A stretch of DNA of 64,000 nucleotides, taken from positions 11,069 to 75,068 of the forward strand of contig JBGAQY010000004.1 of NCBI GenBank assembly GCA_044220495.1, written 5' to 3'. Position numbers and translations under genes: made by a program. The number at the start of each line of letters is the position of its first letter. Positions within the stretch are counted from its first letter, which is position 1. Of this stretch, positions 44,987-55,181 are shown in pieces. Source of the DNA: Acidimicrobiales bacterium. GTDB lineage: Bacteria > Actinomycetota > Acidimicrobiia > Acidimicrobiales > JBBSGY01. The notes beneath the pieces were generated by a model. It had not been told where the DNA came from, ran no database searches, and saw only the letters and a program-made list of their open reading frames with translations.

Positions 44987-46416
44987 ATCTTCCCTTCAAA
45001 AAACCGAAGACAAACGCAACGCCGCTGCGCATGGGCCATCTTGATGCTGCACTGTTTGCGCTCGAGACAAGCACCAATCACATGAACTTGGGCTTGTTGG
45101 CGACGTTCGATGCCGCACCGGCCGATACCGACATCGCGCAGCTATTGCGTGAACGCTTGGGTGACGCCCGCTACACCAACCTTCGACTTTTAGTGCGTCC
45201 GTCGCGCGTTGGCTTGACAGCTCCGCGGTTGGTTGACGGCGGAGCGATCGACACGAGCTATCACGTTCAAGGCGTGCACCTCGGCGACCTGAGCGATCGC
45301 GCGGTCGACGAGTGGGTTGCCAGTGAGTTGTCTGTTCAGCTCGATCGCGCAAAGCCTCTGTGGCAGATGTTTGTGTTGACGAGTTCGGTTGATAGTCGCT
45401 TTGCTGTATTTCTCAAGAGTCATCACGGCGTGATGGATGGTGTTGCTGCGCTGCACACGGCCACACAAATCCTCGACGGCGCTGGTCGCACGAAGCCCGA
45501 CAAATACAAGGTTGGGTTCTTGCAGGGTCGTGGCGGGCGTATTGGCTCTTATGTCGGCGGTCTGCTCGATTTCGTTCGTTGGCCGGCGCGCGTCGGGCGT
45601 CTTGTTGCCGATCCGTCGCGTCACGCTGTTCGTTTGGCTTCCTTGCCAACCCGCCCATTGATGTTCACCGCTCCTCGTACGGCCCTTAATTGCAGCATTA
45701 GTTCAGATCGGGTCATTGCGCGTGCCGAGCTGTCGCTCGATGAACTCAACAAAGTGCGACGCGATACCGGTGTCATTGGCACCGACGTCGTGATTGCAAC
45801 AGTCTCATCAGCCGTGCGCCGTGTGTTGTCCAACAAAGGGCGCATCCCGCGTCGTCCATTGGTAGCCATAGTGCCGGCGGCACAGACGGGTAGTGATTGG
45901 CGCAAACGGTCGGGCAACCGCGTTGCCTTTGAGTTCGTGTCGATGGCAACGAACGTTGAGCGTCCGATTGATCGCTTGCTTACCATCGCGCAGTCAACGC
46001 GGGTGGCGCGCGAAGTTGCGCGTTTGCGTGGGGCTGATTTGTGGGAGCGCTACGCAGCCATTGTTCCGCCCGGCCCTTTGCACGCGATTGCGACGGTTGC
46101 TGAGCGACTAAAAGTGTCTAACCGCATCCGCCCACTGGGTTCGTTGATCGTCTCGTATCTCACGGGGCCGCGTGCGCAAATGACGCTCGGTGGCGCGCCG
46201 CTCACGGGCTTGTATCCCTTTGGCCCACCCAAAGACGGGGGAGCCATCAACGTCACCATGCTGAGCTATCAAGATCGACTTTTTGTCGGCGTCGTTGGCG
46301 ATCAAGCCCTTGCCAGCGAGACGACTCAGTTGGCCGCTTCACTGCCGTTGTCGCTGCACGAGCTGGCTGGTAGCGACGTTTCCGCCAGCGTTCATACGTC
46401 GTCGGGCACCCGCTGA
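44983..46416 (+). CDS. wax ester synthase/diacylglycerol acyltransferase (WS/DGAT) family
   Basis: ATG 44983 overlaps the upstream stop (ATGA). The catalytic HHxxxDG motif (SHHGVMDG) is present. Confidence 0.8.
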   Translation: MNLPFKKPKTNATPLRMGHLDAALFALETSTNHMNLGLLATFDAAPADTDIAQLLRERLGDARYTNLRLLVRPSRVGLTAPRLVDGGAIDTSYHVQGVHLGDLSDRAVDEWVASELSVQLDRAKPLWQMFVLTSSVDSRFAVFLKSHHGVMDGVAALHTATQILDGAGRTKPDKYKVGFLQGRGGRIGSYVGGLLDFVRWPARVGRLVADPSRHAVRLASLPTRPLMFTAPRTALNCSISSDRVIARAELSLDELNKVRRDTGVIGTDVVIATVSSAVRRVLSNKGRIPRRPLVAIVPAAQTGSDWRKRSGNRVAFEFVSMATNVERPIDRLLTIAQSTRVAREVARLRGADLWERYAAIVPPGPLHAIATVAERLKVSNRIRPLGSLIVSYLTGPRAQMTLGGAPLTGLYPFGPPKDGGAINVTMLSYQDRLFVGVVGDQALASETTQLAASLPLSLHELAGSDVSASVHTSSGTR

Positions 46417-46438
46417 CCTTGCTAAGGTAATGGCCGCT

Positions 46439-46513
46439 GCGGACGTGGCTCAGTGGTAGAGCACAACCTTGCCAAGGTTGGGGTCGCGGGTTCGAATCCC
46501 GTCGTCCGCTCCA
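46439..46513 (+). tRNA. tRNA-Gly (GCC)
   Basis: Cloverleaf structure: acceptor gcggacg/cgtccgc, anticodon loop cuuGCCaa, T-arm gcggg-uucgaau-cccgu, and an encoded CCA. Confidence 0.95.
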
Positions 46514-46752
46514 ATTTTTTGCCTTCTTGCGAACCCTCATCGAGGCACCTTCGCCTCAGGACGCGCTTGTCGCGTACTGGCCGCTGAAGCGGCCGTTTCC
46601 CGCCGTTGCAACGGGCTTTTACGCTCCATGCGTCGCGAGCAGGCCGATGCTTTGACGGAGGGCAGAATTTCCTTGTTAAGTCAGCGAACCCTTGGTTGCG
46701 ACTTGCGGCCGTCGCGTCGTTGTTGTGAGGCCTGGTGTTCCGAGCCGCTCGG

Positions 46753-47565
46753 TCAGCGCAGGTCGCGCAGACGGGCCCAGCGCAGGCTTGCGAGTAGCAA
46801 CACGATGGCGAAGCTGCATAACGCCAGCGAGTCGCGAGTTGAAATTGACTCTGCGACAAGCGCGTCGGCCGGTCGGTAGTAGTGAAATGGTGTGATCCAT
46901 TGAGCGAATCGAGCCGGGTGCCATGCCACTGACACGAAGTTGATGGCATAGGCGAGCGCGGCTGATCCGCCCACGATGAAGAAGACGGTGCTTCGTTGGC
47001 GCGCTGCGCATCCGGCCGCGAACGCGATGCTAATGAACGCAAATAGCAGGCAGAAACACGCGACTGTCATCGTCACTACGCCGAGAAAATCAATGGCGAT
47101 ACGGATGTTGTGAACCGTGAGTGACGCAACTGCGATAGGCAGCACCGACGCGACTGTAAGTAGGAGTGTTGCGAATATCATTGCTGCGAATCGTTGCAAA
47201 GTGACGCGAGCAATCGATATAGGTCGTGTTGCGATCAGTTCGATAGTGCCGCGCTCAACATCAGCCGCAAGTACTGCCGCCCCGAGTGATGCAATCGCGC
47301 TGATCTGCATTGCAATCCAAAAAGGGTGCAACATTCCGGCGCCGATCAAGCCAGCAATAGAAGCAAGACTGACTTCGCCGCTCGACCCGCTAAACGCTTG
47401 AAAAGAATTGGGCATTGGCTTTGCTGCAAAGAGTTGATCGGTTGGAACGGCCGCAGTTATTGCAACGATGAGAGTCTCAAACGCAATCAACGCTCCACAG
47501 AGTGAAATCAACATGCGTTTGCGTTCGACAAGAGCAAGGCGAAACAGAGGCCACGTTCTAGTCAT
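46753..47565 (-). CDS. ABC-2 type transporter permease
   Basis: About 270 aa from ATG 47565, which overlaps the upstream ATPase stop by 8 nt. It has six hydrophobic segments. Confidence 0.65.
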   Translation of the reverse strand: MTRTWPLFRLALVERKRMLISLCGALIAFETLIVAITAAVPTDQLFAAKPMPNSFQAFSGSSGEVSLASIAGLIGAGMLHPFWIAMQISAIASLGAAVLAADVERGTIELIATRPISIARVTLQRFAAMIFATLLLTVASVLPIAVASLTVHNIRIAIDFLGVVTMTVACFCLLFAFISIAFAAGCAARQRSTVFFIVGGSAALAYAINFVSVAWHPARFAQWITPFHYYRPADALVAESISTRDSLALCSFAIVLLLASLRWARLRDLR

Positions 47566-48487
47566 GTCGAGTTCCGTAGAGCTGAAGCAACGCGGATTCG
47601 AGCCCAGGCTCTTCGACGAGCACGTCGACAACTGGGTACTGAAGTAGTTGCCGTAGCACCGATGCAATTTCGCTTGCGGGAACACTGATCGTGAGTCGTG
47701 AGTCTTGCCAGTGTTCGTTGCTCGCTGACCCGATGACCAGATTGGTGTGGTCGAAGTTGGGCTCGAACAGCACCGTCACGTTTCTCGTGTGTCCGTTGCG
47801 CAGGCTCGAGACTGCTTCAACAGAAATCAGTTCACCCGACTTGATAATTGCCGCGCGGTCGCACGTTTGTTGAACCTCAGACATGATGTGACTCGATAGA
47901 AGGATCGACGTTCCCTTTGCTCGCTCGGCGGCGATCAGGTCGAAAAAGATTTGTTGGATCAGGGGGTCAAGGCCTTCAGTTGGCTCGTCAAGCAACACAA
48001 CCTCGGGGTTGTGTTGAAAGGCTTGAACGATGCCAATCTTCTGCTTCATGCCACGCGAGTAACTGCGGATCGGCTTGTGCAAGTCGCGCTCGTTTAGTTG
48101 CAATTCGTCGCAGAGTGATTGTTGACGATCGCATGGCGCACCTTGCAAGTCAGCGAGCAATCGCAAGTGCTCAAGGCCGGTGAGATGATCGTAAAGGCGC
48201 AGTTCTCCCGGTAGATAGCCAAGCACTTTGAGCACTTCTTGCTCGGTCGCCGGATTGCGCCCGAGGATCGTGACGTGCCCCGAGGTTGGTCGCAGCAGAC
48301 CGGCAATACATCGAAGGGTCGTCGATTTACCGGCTCCGTTGGCACCGAGAAACCCCATTACCTCGCCGCGCTCAATCGTCAGGTCGACTTGATTGATCGC
48401 CGTGAACGTTCCAAATGTTTTCGTTAGTCGAGAGACTTCGATAACAGGTGTCATGGGTTTATGAGGTTGTGATTCAACCGTCACCAC
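47558..48487 (-). CDS. ABC transporter ATP-binding protein
   Basis: 309 aa, with Walker A (GANGAGKST), signature (YSRGMKQK) and Walker B (VLLDEPTEGLD). Confidence 0.85.
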   Translation of the reverse strand: MVTVESQPHKPMTPVIEVSRLTKTFGTFTAINQVDLTIERGEVMGFLGANGAGKSTTLRCIAGLLRPTSGHVTILGRNPATEQEVLKVLGYLPGELRLYDHLTGLEHLRLLADLQGAPCDRQQSLCDELQLNERDLHKPIRSYSRGMKQKIGIVQAFQHNPEVVLLDEPTEGLDPLIQQIFFDLIAAERAKGTSILLSSHIMSEVQQTCDRAAIIKSGELISVEAVSSLRNGHTRNVTVLFEPNFDHTNLVIGSASNEHWQDSRLTISVPASEIASVLRQLLQYPVVDVLVEEPGLESALLQLYGTRHD

Positions 48488-48505
48488 TTGACGCTAGTCG
48501 AGCGG

Positions 48506-49492
48506 TCAGCCTTGAGTCAGCGAGAGAGCTTGTTGGGCCATCACAAGCTCTTCGTTGGCAGGCACGATCTCGACTGTGAATGGTCGCAGAATGCTGAGTG
48601 AATCGACGATGCGCGCGCGAACTTCGTGAGAGTTTTCACCGATGCCGCCTGTGAATACAAGTGTGTCGACGCCACCAAGTGTGGTCGCGTACGCACCGAT
48701 GAACTGCACGACGCGATAACAGAACATTTCGACAGCAAGGCGAGCATCAGTGTCGGTGCGCTGGAGAAGATCTCGCATGTCTGGCGTGCCGGCAATCGCG
48801 GCGAGGCCAGCCTCGTGATTGATGGTGTTGGCGAGGTCGCGTGCGCCGTTGCCGTGCTCGATTAGGTACAACATCAAGCCGGGGTCGAGGTCGCCCGGTC
48901 GAGTTGCCATGACGAGTCCGCCAGCGGGAGTGAAGCCCATTGAATTGTCGACCGACTCGCCGTTGCGGACGGCCGTGACACTGCACCCGCTGCCCAAGTG
49001 AGCAATGACGCAGCGACGGGTGCTGTCTTCACCAAGGGTACGCACTACGTGCTCACAGGAAAGCCCGTGAAATCCGTAACGCCGAATTTCGGGACCAATC
49101 AAACTTCTAGGCAGGGCATAGGTGGCTGCAACATCGGGGATTGTGTGATGGAACGCAGTGTCGAAGCAAGCAACGTGAACTGCTTCAGGAAACATCTGTC
49201 TCGCTTCGTCGAGCGCATCTAAGGCTGGTGGCAGGTGCAGTGGAGCGAGCGGCGACAGCCGGTGCAGTTCTTTGATCAGTTCTTCGTCGATGACGACTGG
49301 CTTTGAGTGATTTGGCCCACCGTGAACGAGTCGATGCGCGACCACCGCTGGCGCGCGGCCAATGTGTTTCAACGCAGAAATGTCTGGATGCACGGCGCGC
49401 CCTAACTCGTTCAGGTTTGTGTCGAACAACGCTGTCTTCACAGTCGACGAGCCAACGTTGACGCACAAGATGTCGTTCATGACGACGACCAC
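48506..49492 (-). CDS. ackA: acetate/propionate kinase family protein (compact)
   Basis: Contains ILCVNVGSSTVKTALFD, AHRLVHGG, LSPLAPLHLPPAL, CFDTAFHHT, FTGGIGENS and IVPANEEL. At 324-328 aa it is shorter than typical ~400-aa AckA. The start is ATG 49492 or ATG 49480. Confidence 0.75.
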   Translation of the reverse strand: MVVVMNDILCVNVGSSTVKTALFDTNLNELGRAVHPDISALKHIGRAPAVVAHRLVHGGPNHSKPVVIDEELIKELHRLSPLAPLHLPPALDALDEARQMFPEAVHVACFDTAFHHTIPDVAATYALPRSLIGPEIRRYGFHGLSCEHVVRTLGEDSTRRCVIAHLGSGCSVTAVRNGESVDNSMGFTPAGGLVMATRPGDLDPGLMLYLIEHGNGARDLANTINHEAGLAAIAGTPDMRDLLQRTDTDARLAVEMFCYRVVQFIGAYATTLGGVDTLVFTGGIGENSHEVRARIVDSLSILRPFTVEIVPANEELVMAQQALSLTQG

Positions 49493-51828
49493 GTCCAGTC
49501 GCGAACTTCGGGCATATCTTCAAGGTGCTCGACAACAAAGCGACGGTGGTCATCGAGCTTCGCCTTGCATCGCTCAATAAACTGATCACCGTCGGCCATG
49601 GTGCGGCGCGAACGACGTACGGCTTCCATTGCCAGGTGATAGCGGCTGACTTCGTTGAGCACAACCATGTCGAACGGCGTCGTCGTAGTGCCTTGCTCAC
49701 CAAAACCGCGTACATGAAAACGCCCCGGATGTGGACGGCGATGGATGACGTGGTGCATGGCCTGCGGATATCCATGAAAGGCAAACACAACATCAGTGTC
49801 GTGGGTGAACAGTTGGGCGAAGTCTGCATCGCTCAAACCGTGTGGATGTGCGTCAGGCGCGTATAGCTTCATCAAGTCGACGACATTCACAACACGTACC
49901 TTGAGATCAGGCAGCTGGTCGCGCAATAGTTCCGCTGCGGCGAGAGTCTCCATCGTCATGACATCGCCAGCGCAACCAAGAATGACGTCAGGCTCACCGT
50001 CGTCATTCGACGCCCACTGCCAGATGCCCGCTCCCGCTGCACAATGTGCAGTGGCAGAGTCGATATCGAGGTATTGGAGCTGTGATTGTTTGTCAATCAC
50101 CATCAAGTTCACGTAATCAGTGCTCCGCAAGCAATGGTCAGCGACGCTGAGCAGGCAGTTGGCGTCAGGCGGAAAGTACACACGCGCAACCGAACTCCTC
50201 ATCGACATCACTACATCAATGAGTCCGGGGCCTTGGTGGCTAAAGCCGTTGTGATCGTTACGCCAACAGGTTGATGTCAGCAGAACGTTTAGCGATGCAA
50301 CTGGAGCGCGCCACGGCACGTTGCGCGCTTCTTCGAGCCATTTTGCGTGTTGCACGGTCATCGACGCCGACACCATTGCAAACGCTTCGTAGGTGGCGAA
50401 TACGCCGTGGCGACCGGTGAGCAGATAACCCTCAAGCCATCCTTCGCAGAGGTGCTCGCTCAAGACTTCGAGCACGCGTCCGTCATTTGATTCAAAGTCG
50501 TCGGTGTCTAGTACTGGAAGCATGGTCATACGGTTCTCGGTCTCGAACACTGAGCCGAGCCTGTTTGACAGAGTTTCATCGGGGCAAAACAACCGAAAGT
50601 TCGCCTCGCGTGCGTTGTGCGCAAAAGTGTCGCGCAGCATCTCGCCAAATTGCCGCGTCGATTCACGGTGTACGGTGCCCGGCGATTCGACATCGATCGC
50701 ATAGTTCTCATAGGGCGGCAACTTGATCGGCACGCGAACTCGCCCGCCGTTTGCTTGCGGCAACGCGCCCATTCTCTTGTCGCCAACCGGTGCAAGTATT
50801 TGTAGACGTTTAACAAGGGTGCCGTTGTCGTCGAAGAGTTCTTCAGGACGGTAACTGCGCATCCACGACTCGAGCATTTGCAGATGCTCGATGTTGTCTT
50901 TGACGCCCGAGAGCGGCACTTGATGTGCTCGAAATGTGTCTTCGACTTGTACGCCGTCTACCGTGTGTGGGCCTGTCCATCCCTTGGGGGTGCGCAGAAT
51001 GATTGCCGGCCATGCAATATCGCGAGTGTCTCCATTGATGCGCGCTCGGTGTTGGATCGCTCGAATGTCTTGGTGACATGTGTTGAGCGTTTGCGAAAAG
51101 GCAGCGTGCACAGAGAGCACGTCCTTACCCTCGACGAAATGAGGGGCATATCCTTGTGCCTCGAAAAATTGCCGCAAACGGTTGTTAGACCAGCGACCCA
51201 TCACCGTCGGGCCAGAGATCTTGTATCCGTTGAGATGCAAGATCGGTAGAACGGCGCCGTCGCGCGCGGGGTTCAAGAAGTCAACGCTCTTCCACGAAGC
51301 GGCGAGCGGACCAGTCTCGGCCTCCCCATCGCCGACGACACAGGCCACGAGTAGGTCGGGGTCGTCGAACGCAGCGCCGAAAGCATGAACGAGCGCGTAA
51401 CCCAACTCGCCACCCTCATGGATTGAGCCGGGAGTGGGAACGCTGACATGACTCGGGATGCCGCCTGGTGCTGAGAAGCGACGTATTAAACGAACGAGCC
51501 CAGCATTGTCTTGACTGACAGTGGGGTAGACCTCTGAGTAGCTGCCTTCGAGGTAAGTGTTGGCGACGATGGCAGGGCCGCCGTGGCCGGGTCCGGTTAC
51601 ATATAAGACCTTGCTGTCAGTGTCGTTAATCAGCTTGTTGAGGTGAACATAGACAAGATTGAGGCCCGGCGACGTGCCCCAGTGGCCGAGCAGGCGGGGC
51701 TTGATGTGCTCGGCTCGCAGCGGTTGCCGTAGTAGCGGGTTGTCTTGCAAATAGATCTGGGCAACGGTCAAATAGTTGGCTGCGTTCCAATATTCGATGA
51801 TCTCGTCGAGGCTGGTCTCTTGTTTCAC
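49477..51828 (-). CDS. xfp: xylulose-5-phosphate/fructose-6-phosphate phosphoketolase
   Basis: 783 aa, with LLGHWGTSPGLN, the signature HEGGELGYAL and GDGEAETGP (ThDP binding). Confidence 0.9.
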   Translation of the reverse strand: MKQETSLDEIIEYWNAANYLTVAQIYLQDNPLLRQPLRAEHIKPRLLGHWGTSPGLNLVYVHLNKLINDTDSKVLYVTGPGHGGPAIVANTYLEGSYSEVYPTVSQDNAGLVRLIRRFSAPGGIPSHVSVPTPGSIHEGGELGYALVHAFGAAFDDPDLLVACVVGDGEAETGPLAASWKSVDFLNPARDGAVLPILHLNGYKISGPTVMGRWSNNRLRQFFEAQGYAPHFVEGKDVLSVHAAFSQTLNTCHQDIRAIQHRARINGDTRDIAWPAIILRTPKGWTGPHTVDGVQVEDTFRAHQVPLSGVKDNIEHLQMLESWMRSYRPEELFDDNGTLVKRLQILAPVGDKRMGALPQANGGRVRVPIKLPPYENYAIDVESPGTVHRESTRQFGEMLRDTFAHNAREANFRLFCPDETLSNRLGSVFETENRMTMLPVLDTDDFESNDGRVLEVLSEHLCEGWLEGYLLTGRHGVFATYEAFAMVSASMTVQHAKWLEEARNVPWRAPVASLNVLLTSTCWRNDHNGFSHQGPGLIDVVMSMRSSVARVYFPPDANCLLSVADHCLRSTDYVNLMVIDKQSQLQYLDIDSATAHCAAGAGIWQWASNDDGEPDVILGCAGDVMTMETLAAAELLRDQLPDLKVRVVNVVDLMKLYAPDAHPHGLSDADFAQLFTHDTDVVFAFHGYPQAMHHVIHRRPHPGRFHVRGFGEQGTTTTPFDMVVLNEVSRYHLAMEAVRRSRRTMADGDQFIERCKAKLDDHRRFVVEHLEDMPEVRDWTWSSS

Positions 51829-51882
51829 GTCGCGATCATGTCGCGGATGAACCGGGCTTGCTGCGCAAGCGCCGCTACCGAC

Positions 51883-52155
51883 TTAGAGGCCGAGAAATGG
51901 TTCTCGCGGACGCCGCCGAGCGTTGCGAGCTCTCGTTTCTTCAATCATGTCGATCATCTCGGCCGCCAAATCGATCGGGCCCTCCGTGGCTACTTCGAGG
52001 CTGGCGTCTGAGGAGCGGTGCTCGTCGGATCCGGTCGCCGCAATTTCGGGTTGTTCACTCAAGGGAGTCTCCACGGTCGTGTAGTCGAGGTGATGGCCAA
52101 AGGCCGGCTGGAACAACGGTATCGGCCGACCTGGCCCACGGCAACGGTTGCTCAA
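51883..52155 (-). CDS. hypothetical acidic small protein (weak call)
   Basis: 90-aa ORF whose ATG overlaps the ArdC-like stop by 4 nt. Third-position GC is not clearly better than in the other frames (about 68% vs 68% and 54% over 50 codons). Confidence 0.25.
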   Translation of the reverse strand: MSNRCRGPGRPIPLFQPAFGHHLDYTTVETPLSEQPEIAATGSDEHRSSDASLEVATEGPIDLAAEMIDMIEETRARNARRRPREPFLGL

Positions 52156-53189
52156 AGGCTCATTGCTGCCTCGTTGTGAGTGGATTCCGCGAGAGCGGCC
52201 ATTTCGGCGTCGAGATCGTCGGTTGATTCGTGTGTTTGTTCAACGCCGCGACCGAGTCCGAGGATGTAGTTAGCTGCTTTTTGCCCAGCGGTTGCGGCGA
52301 GGGCAATTGCCTTGGGGTCGTTGCGCAACACCTGTAGCCAGTTCGCCAAATAGTCCGCATGATGCAGTGTTGGTTGATCTTCGATTCCCGTAGTCGCGCA
52401 CAAGAATGCCGAACTGAGTTCAGCGATCAGTTCTTCTTCGGCGTAACTCGTGCTGCCAAAGCGTCCTCCTGTTGCACGACCCACGCGACGATCGTTCGAC
52501 GTCGAATGCGAAAGTTCGTGAAACATTGTGCTGTAGAAGCGGTCAGCTGACGGGAACGCGTTCATTGGTGGCGTCACGATCATGTCGTCAGACGGCGAGT
52601 AAAACGCCCTGTCGATTTCTTGATGACGAATAGTCAGCCCGTCGTTACGCATGGCGGCGATGAGCCGCTCGGCGATGTCAAGTCGTTCGTGTTCGGGTCG
52701 GTTCGGCGGCGCCCACTTGTAACCATCGACGACGGCTGCATTGAAAACACAGAAGCCGGTGGGTACACGTTTGGTTCTCGGGGTGCTGTCGTCGCTCAGT
52801 GACGGCAACCTGCGTTCGCGTGATGGCGTCGAAGTTGTGCGACTGCGACGCGATGTCGAGCCTGTCGCTCCATCGCGAGGCTTGACATCAACCCACCGGA
52901 TCAAATGGACCCCTGCACCTTTTGCTTCACCGTTGCTTTTGAGCTTGTAGCCAGCATCGTGCCACTGCTTGAACGTTGCCCAGACGGGAGCCTCATAGCC
53001 ACGAGACCCAGCAACGAGTGACAGCAGCAGCTGGTTGAGCCCGTGGTACGGATTATCGGTTGTTGCGTTGAAATGTCCTTTGGTCATTACTGACCACGGC
53101 TTTCGCCAGCCGTCGGGATCGGCAATTCCTTGTTCGATCAGTTGCACTAGCTGACCAGTAACTGATGTGTAAATGTCGTCGGCTTTCAT
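52152..53189 (-). CDS. ArdC-like antirestriction protein (ssDNA-binding N-domain + zincin metallopeptidase)
   Basis: 345 aa. The N-terminal region is PWSVMTKGHFNATTDNPYHGLNQLLL...WATFKQW and the C-terminal HExxH motif is MFHELSHST. A Ser/Thr/Arg-rich linker (GATGSTSRRSRTTSTPSRERR) separates them. Confidence 0.7.
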   Translation of the reverse strand: MKADDIYTSVTGQLVQLIEQGIADPDGWRKPWSVMTKGHFNATTDNPYHGLNQLLLSLVAGSRGYEAPVWATFKQWHDAGYKLKSNGEAKGAGVHLIRWVDVKPRDGATGSTSRRSRTTSTPSRERRLPSLSDDSTPRTKRVPTGFCVFNAAVVDGYKWAPPNRPEHERLDIAERLIAAMRNDGLTIRHQEIDRAFYSPSDDMIVTPPMNAFPSADRFYSTMFHELSHSTSNDRRVGRATGGRFGSTSYAEEELIAELSSAFLCATTGIEDQPTLHHADYLANWLQVLRNDPKAIALAATAGQKAANYILGLGRGVEQTHESTDDLDAEMAALAESTHNEAAMSL

Positions 53190-53445
53190 GGCGGGTCCTA
53201 TCGAGTTGTCGCTTCGAGGCGGAACGTATGCCCGTCGTGTTTTCGGAAAAAAATTTCATGTTTACCGAGGTTCCACAGTGCGTCTCGACACGAGTGAGAT
53301 GACACGTAAGACAATCCGTGTTCCGCAACGCGGTTGACGAATCGACATCCGCTAACAGGTTGCAATCAGCGCATATGTCATTTTCGGGCGTCACGCTGAG
53401 TCAGGTTTTCTCATACGTAACCGCTGCGGGTCGATAGAACTTGCG

Positions 53446-55077
53446 ATGTTTTTGGCGCAAGGTTTTTCGACGTTCAAGCGAATCGCAGTCGTTGCGGTGG
53501 TCGCCGCGATCGTGAGTGTGATGTTGCCGTCGAGCATCGTGCGTGCGGCTGACAACTACGTCGGTTCGGCGATGCGCCCAAATGGTGATGGTTACTGGCT
53601 TACAACGGCTACTGGGTTTGTCACGGCGTCGCCCGGCGCGCCGTTCCATGGCGACCTGCGTCGAGCGTCTCTCAACCGTCCCGTAGTCGCGATGGCGGCG
53701 ACAAAGACGGGCAACGGTTACTGGTTGGTCGCCAGTGATGGAGGAATCTTCAGTTTCGGGGATGCCGCTTTCTACGGATCTACTGGTGCAATTCAGCTGA
53801 ACAAGCCAATAGTTGGGATGACGGCGACACCTTCGGGTCGCGGTTATTGGATGGTTGCTAGCGACGGAGGAATCTTCAGCTTCGGCGATGCCGCTTTCTA
53901 CGGATCAACCGGTGCTATCCGTCTCAACAAACCCGTCGTTGGCATGTCGGCTGCGGCGGATGGCCTTGGCTATTGGCTCGTGGCCACTGATGGCGGAATT
54001 TTTAGTTTTGGATCATCGCGATTCTTCGGATCAACCGGTGCGCTCGACTTGAATCAACCAATTGTTGGCATGACGACTACAGCCAACGGTTCTGGCTACT
54101 GGTTGGCTGGCGCCGACGGAGGCGTGTTCAGTTTTGGCGACGCGCAGTTCCGCGGAGCGACGGCCGATGGTGATGCTGCACGCGCAATCGCAATCTTGCG
54201 CGACAGCAACGGCGGTTACTCGTTGATACGCGCCGATGGTTCGGTTGATCAACGCGCCGTTGGCGTGGCTGTTGGCACACCTGCTGTAACACCCGGCGCC
54301 GAGGCTGCCGCGCCGACAACAAGTGTGCCGCCCGTGATCGGCTCGCCAACGACGACCTCGCCTGTTGTCAGTTCTCCGCCAACCACAGTCCCATCGCCGA
54401 TCTCGACAGCTCCGACCACCACTGCGCCGACGGGTCATCCGCTCGGTTGGGTGCTCAAAGCACAAGACGATTTCTACGGAACCGCTCTTGCCTCGCGCTG
54501 GGCTGTGTACGACGGGGCGGGAACTGCAGGCATTGGCATTCGTCGTCCCTATGTCGTGTCAGTGAGCGACGGTGCAATGCACATCAACGCGCGTGACTTG
54601 GTGACGGGCGGAATCTGCTGGTGTCTCGGAGGCGAAGGCAGTCAGACGTACGGCAAGTGGGAGATTCGAGCTCGCATGGATAACGGCAAGGGTTACGGTC
54701 CTGCGATCTTGCTGTGGCCCGACTCAGAACGCTGGCCCATTGATGGCGAGATCGACATTGCTGAAATGTCGGAGCCCTATCGCAATCAAACGCATTTCAC
54801 ATTGCACTGGGGCGCCAACAATTCGCAGATCCAACACACTGAGGTTGGTGACTTCACGCAGTGGCACACCTACGGCGTCGACTGGCAGCCGGGCTACATC
54901 AAGTACTACCTAGACGGCGTGTTGAAGTACACCAACGTCATGCCTGCAGCGATCCCCACAAACCCGATGCATCTTGCGCTACAAGTCGACGCCGGTGACG
55001 GTCGCTGGATGAACGCCCCCGACCCGGGTGTGACGTCGGGACTTCATGTCGACTGGGTGAAGATGTACCTGCCGTAA
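53446..55077 (+). CDS. secreted protein: ~6x 42-aa GYW...DGGIFSFGDA repeats + Pro/Thr linker + GH16 glycoside hydrolase domain
   Basis: It has a signal peptide (...SSIVRA/ADN). Repeats with period 42 aa span aa 47-267. The linker is PVIGSPTTTSPVVSSPPTTVPSPISTAPTTTAP. The GH16 catalytic motif is GEIDIAE (ExDxxE). Confidence 0.8.
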   Translation: MFLAQGFSTFKRIAVVAVVAAIVSVMLPSSIVRAADNYVGSAMRPNGDGYWLTTATGFVTASPGAPFHGDLRRASLNRPVVAMAATKTGNGYWLVASDGGIFSFGDAAFYGSTGAIQLNKPIVGMTATPSGRGYWMVASDGGIFSFGDAAFYGSTGAIRLNKPVVGMSAAADGLGYWLVATDGGIFSFGSSRFFGSTGALDLNQPIVGMTTTANGSGYWLAGADGGVFSFGDAQFRGATADGDAARAIAILRDSNGGYSLIRADGSVDQRAVGVAVGTPAVTPGAEAAAPTTSVPPVIGSPTTTSPVVSSPPTTVPSPISTAPTTTAPTGHPLGWVLKAQDDFYGTALASRWAVYDGAGTAGIGIRRPYVVSVSDGAMHINARDLVTGGICWCLGGEGSQTYGKWEIRARMDNGKGYGPAILLWPDSERWPIDGEIDIAEMSEPYRNQTHFTLHWGANNSQIQHTEVGDFTQWHTYGVDWQPGYIKYYLDGVLKYTNVMPAAIPTNPMHLALQVDAGDGRWMNAPDPGVTSGLHVDWVKMYLP

Positions 55078-55181
55078 TAGGGAATGTGCGCCGCAATGAC
55101 GGCGTACGGCCCGAATGACGACCGATTTCTGGTTACACTCGCCGAGTCAGGGATTTCGCTGCGTGCGTCTTCCATTTATTT

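Noticed and set aside
51858-52226. 122-aa plus-strand ORF between xfp and the ArdC-like gene
   Set aside because: Its Arg-rich translation is junk-like. Third-position GC does not discriminate between frames, so the region may be non-coding.
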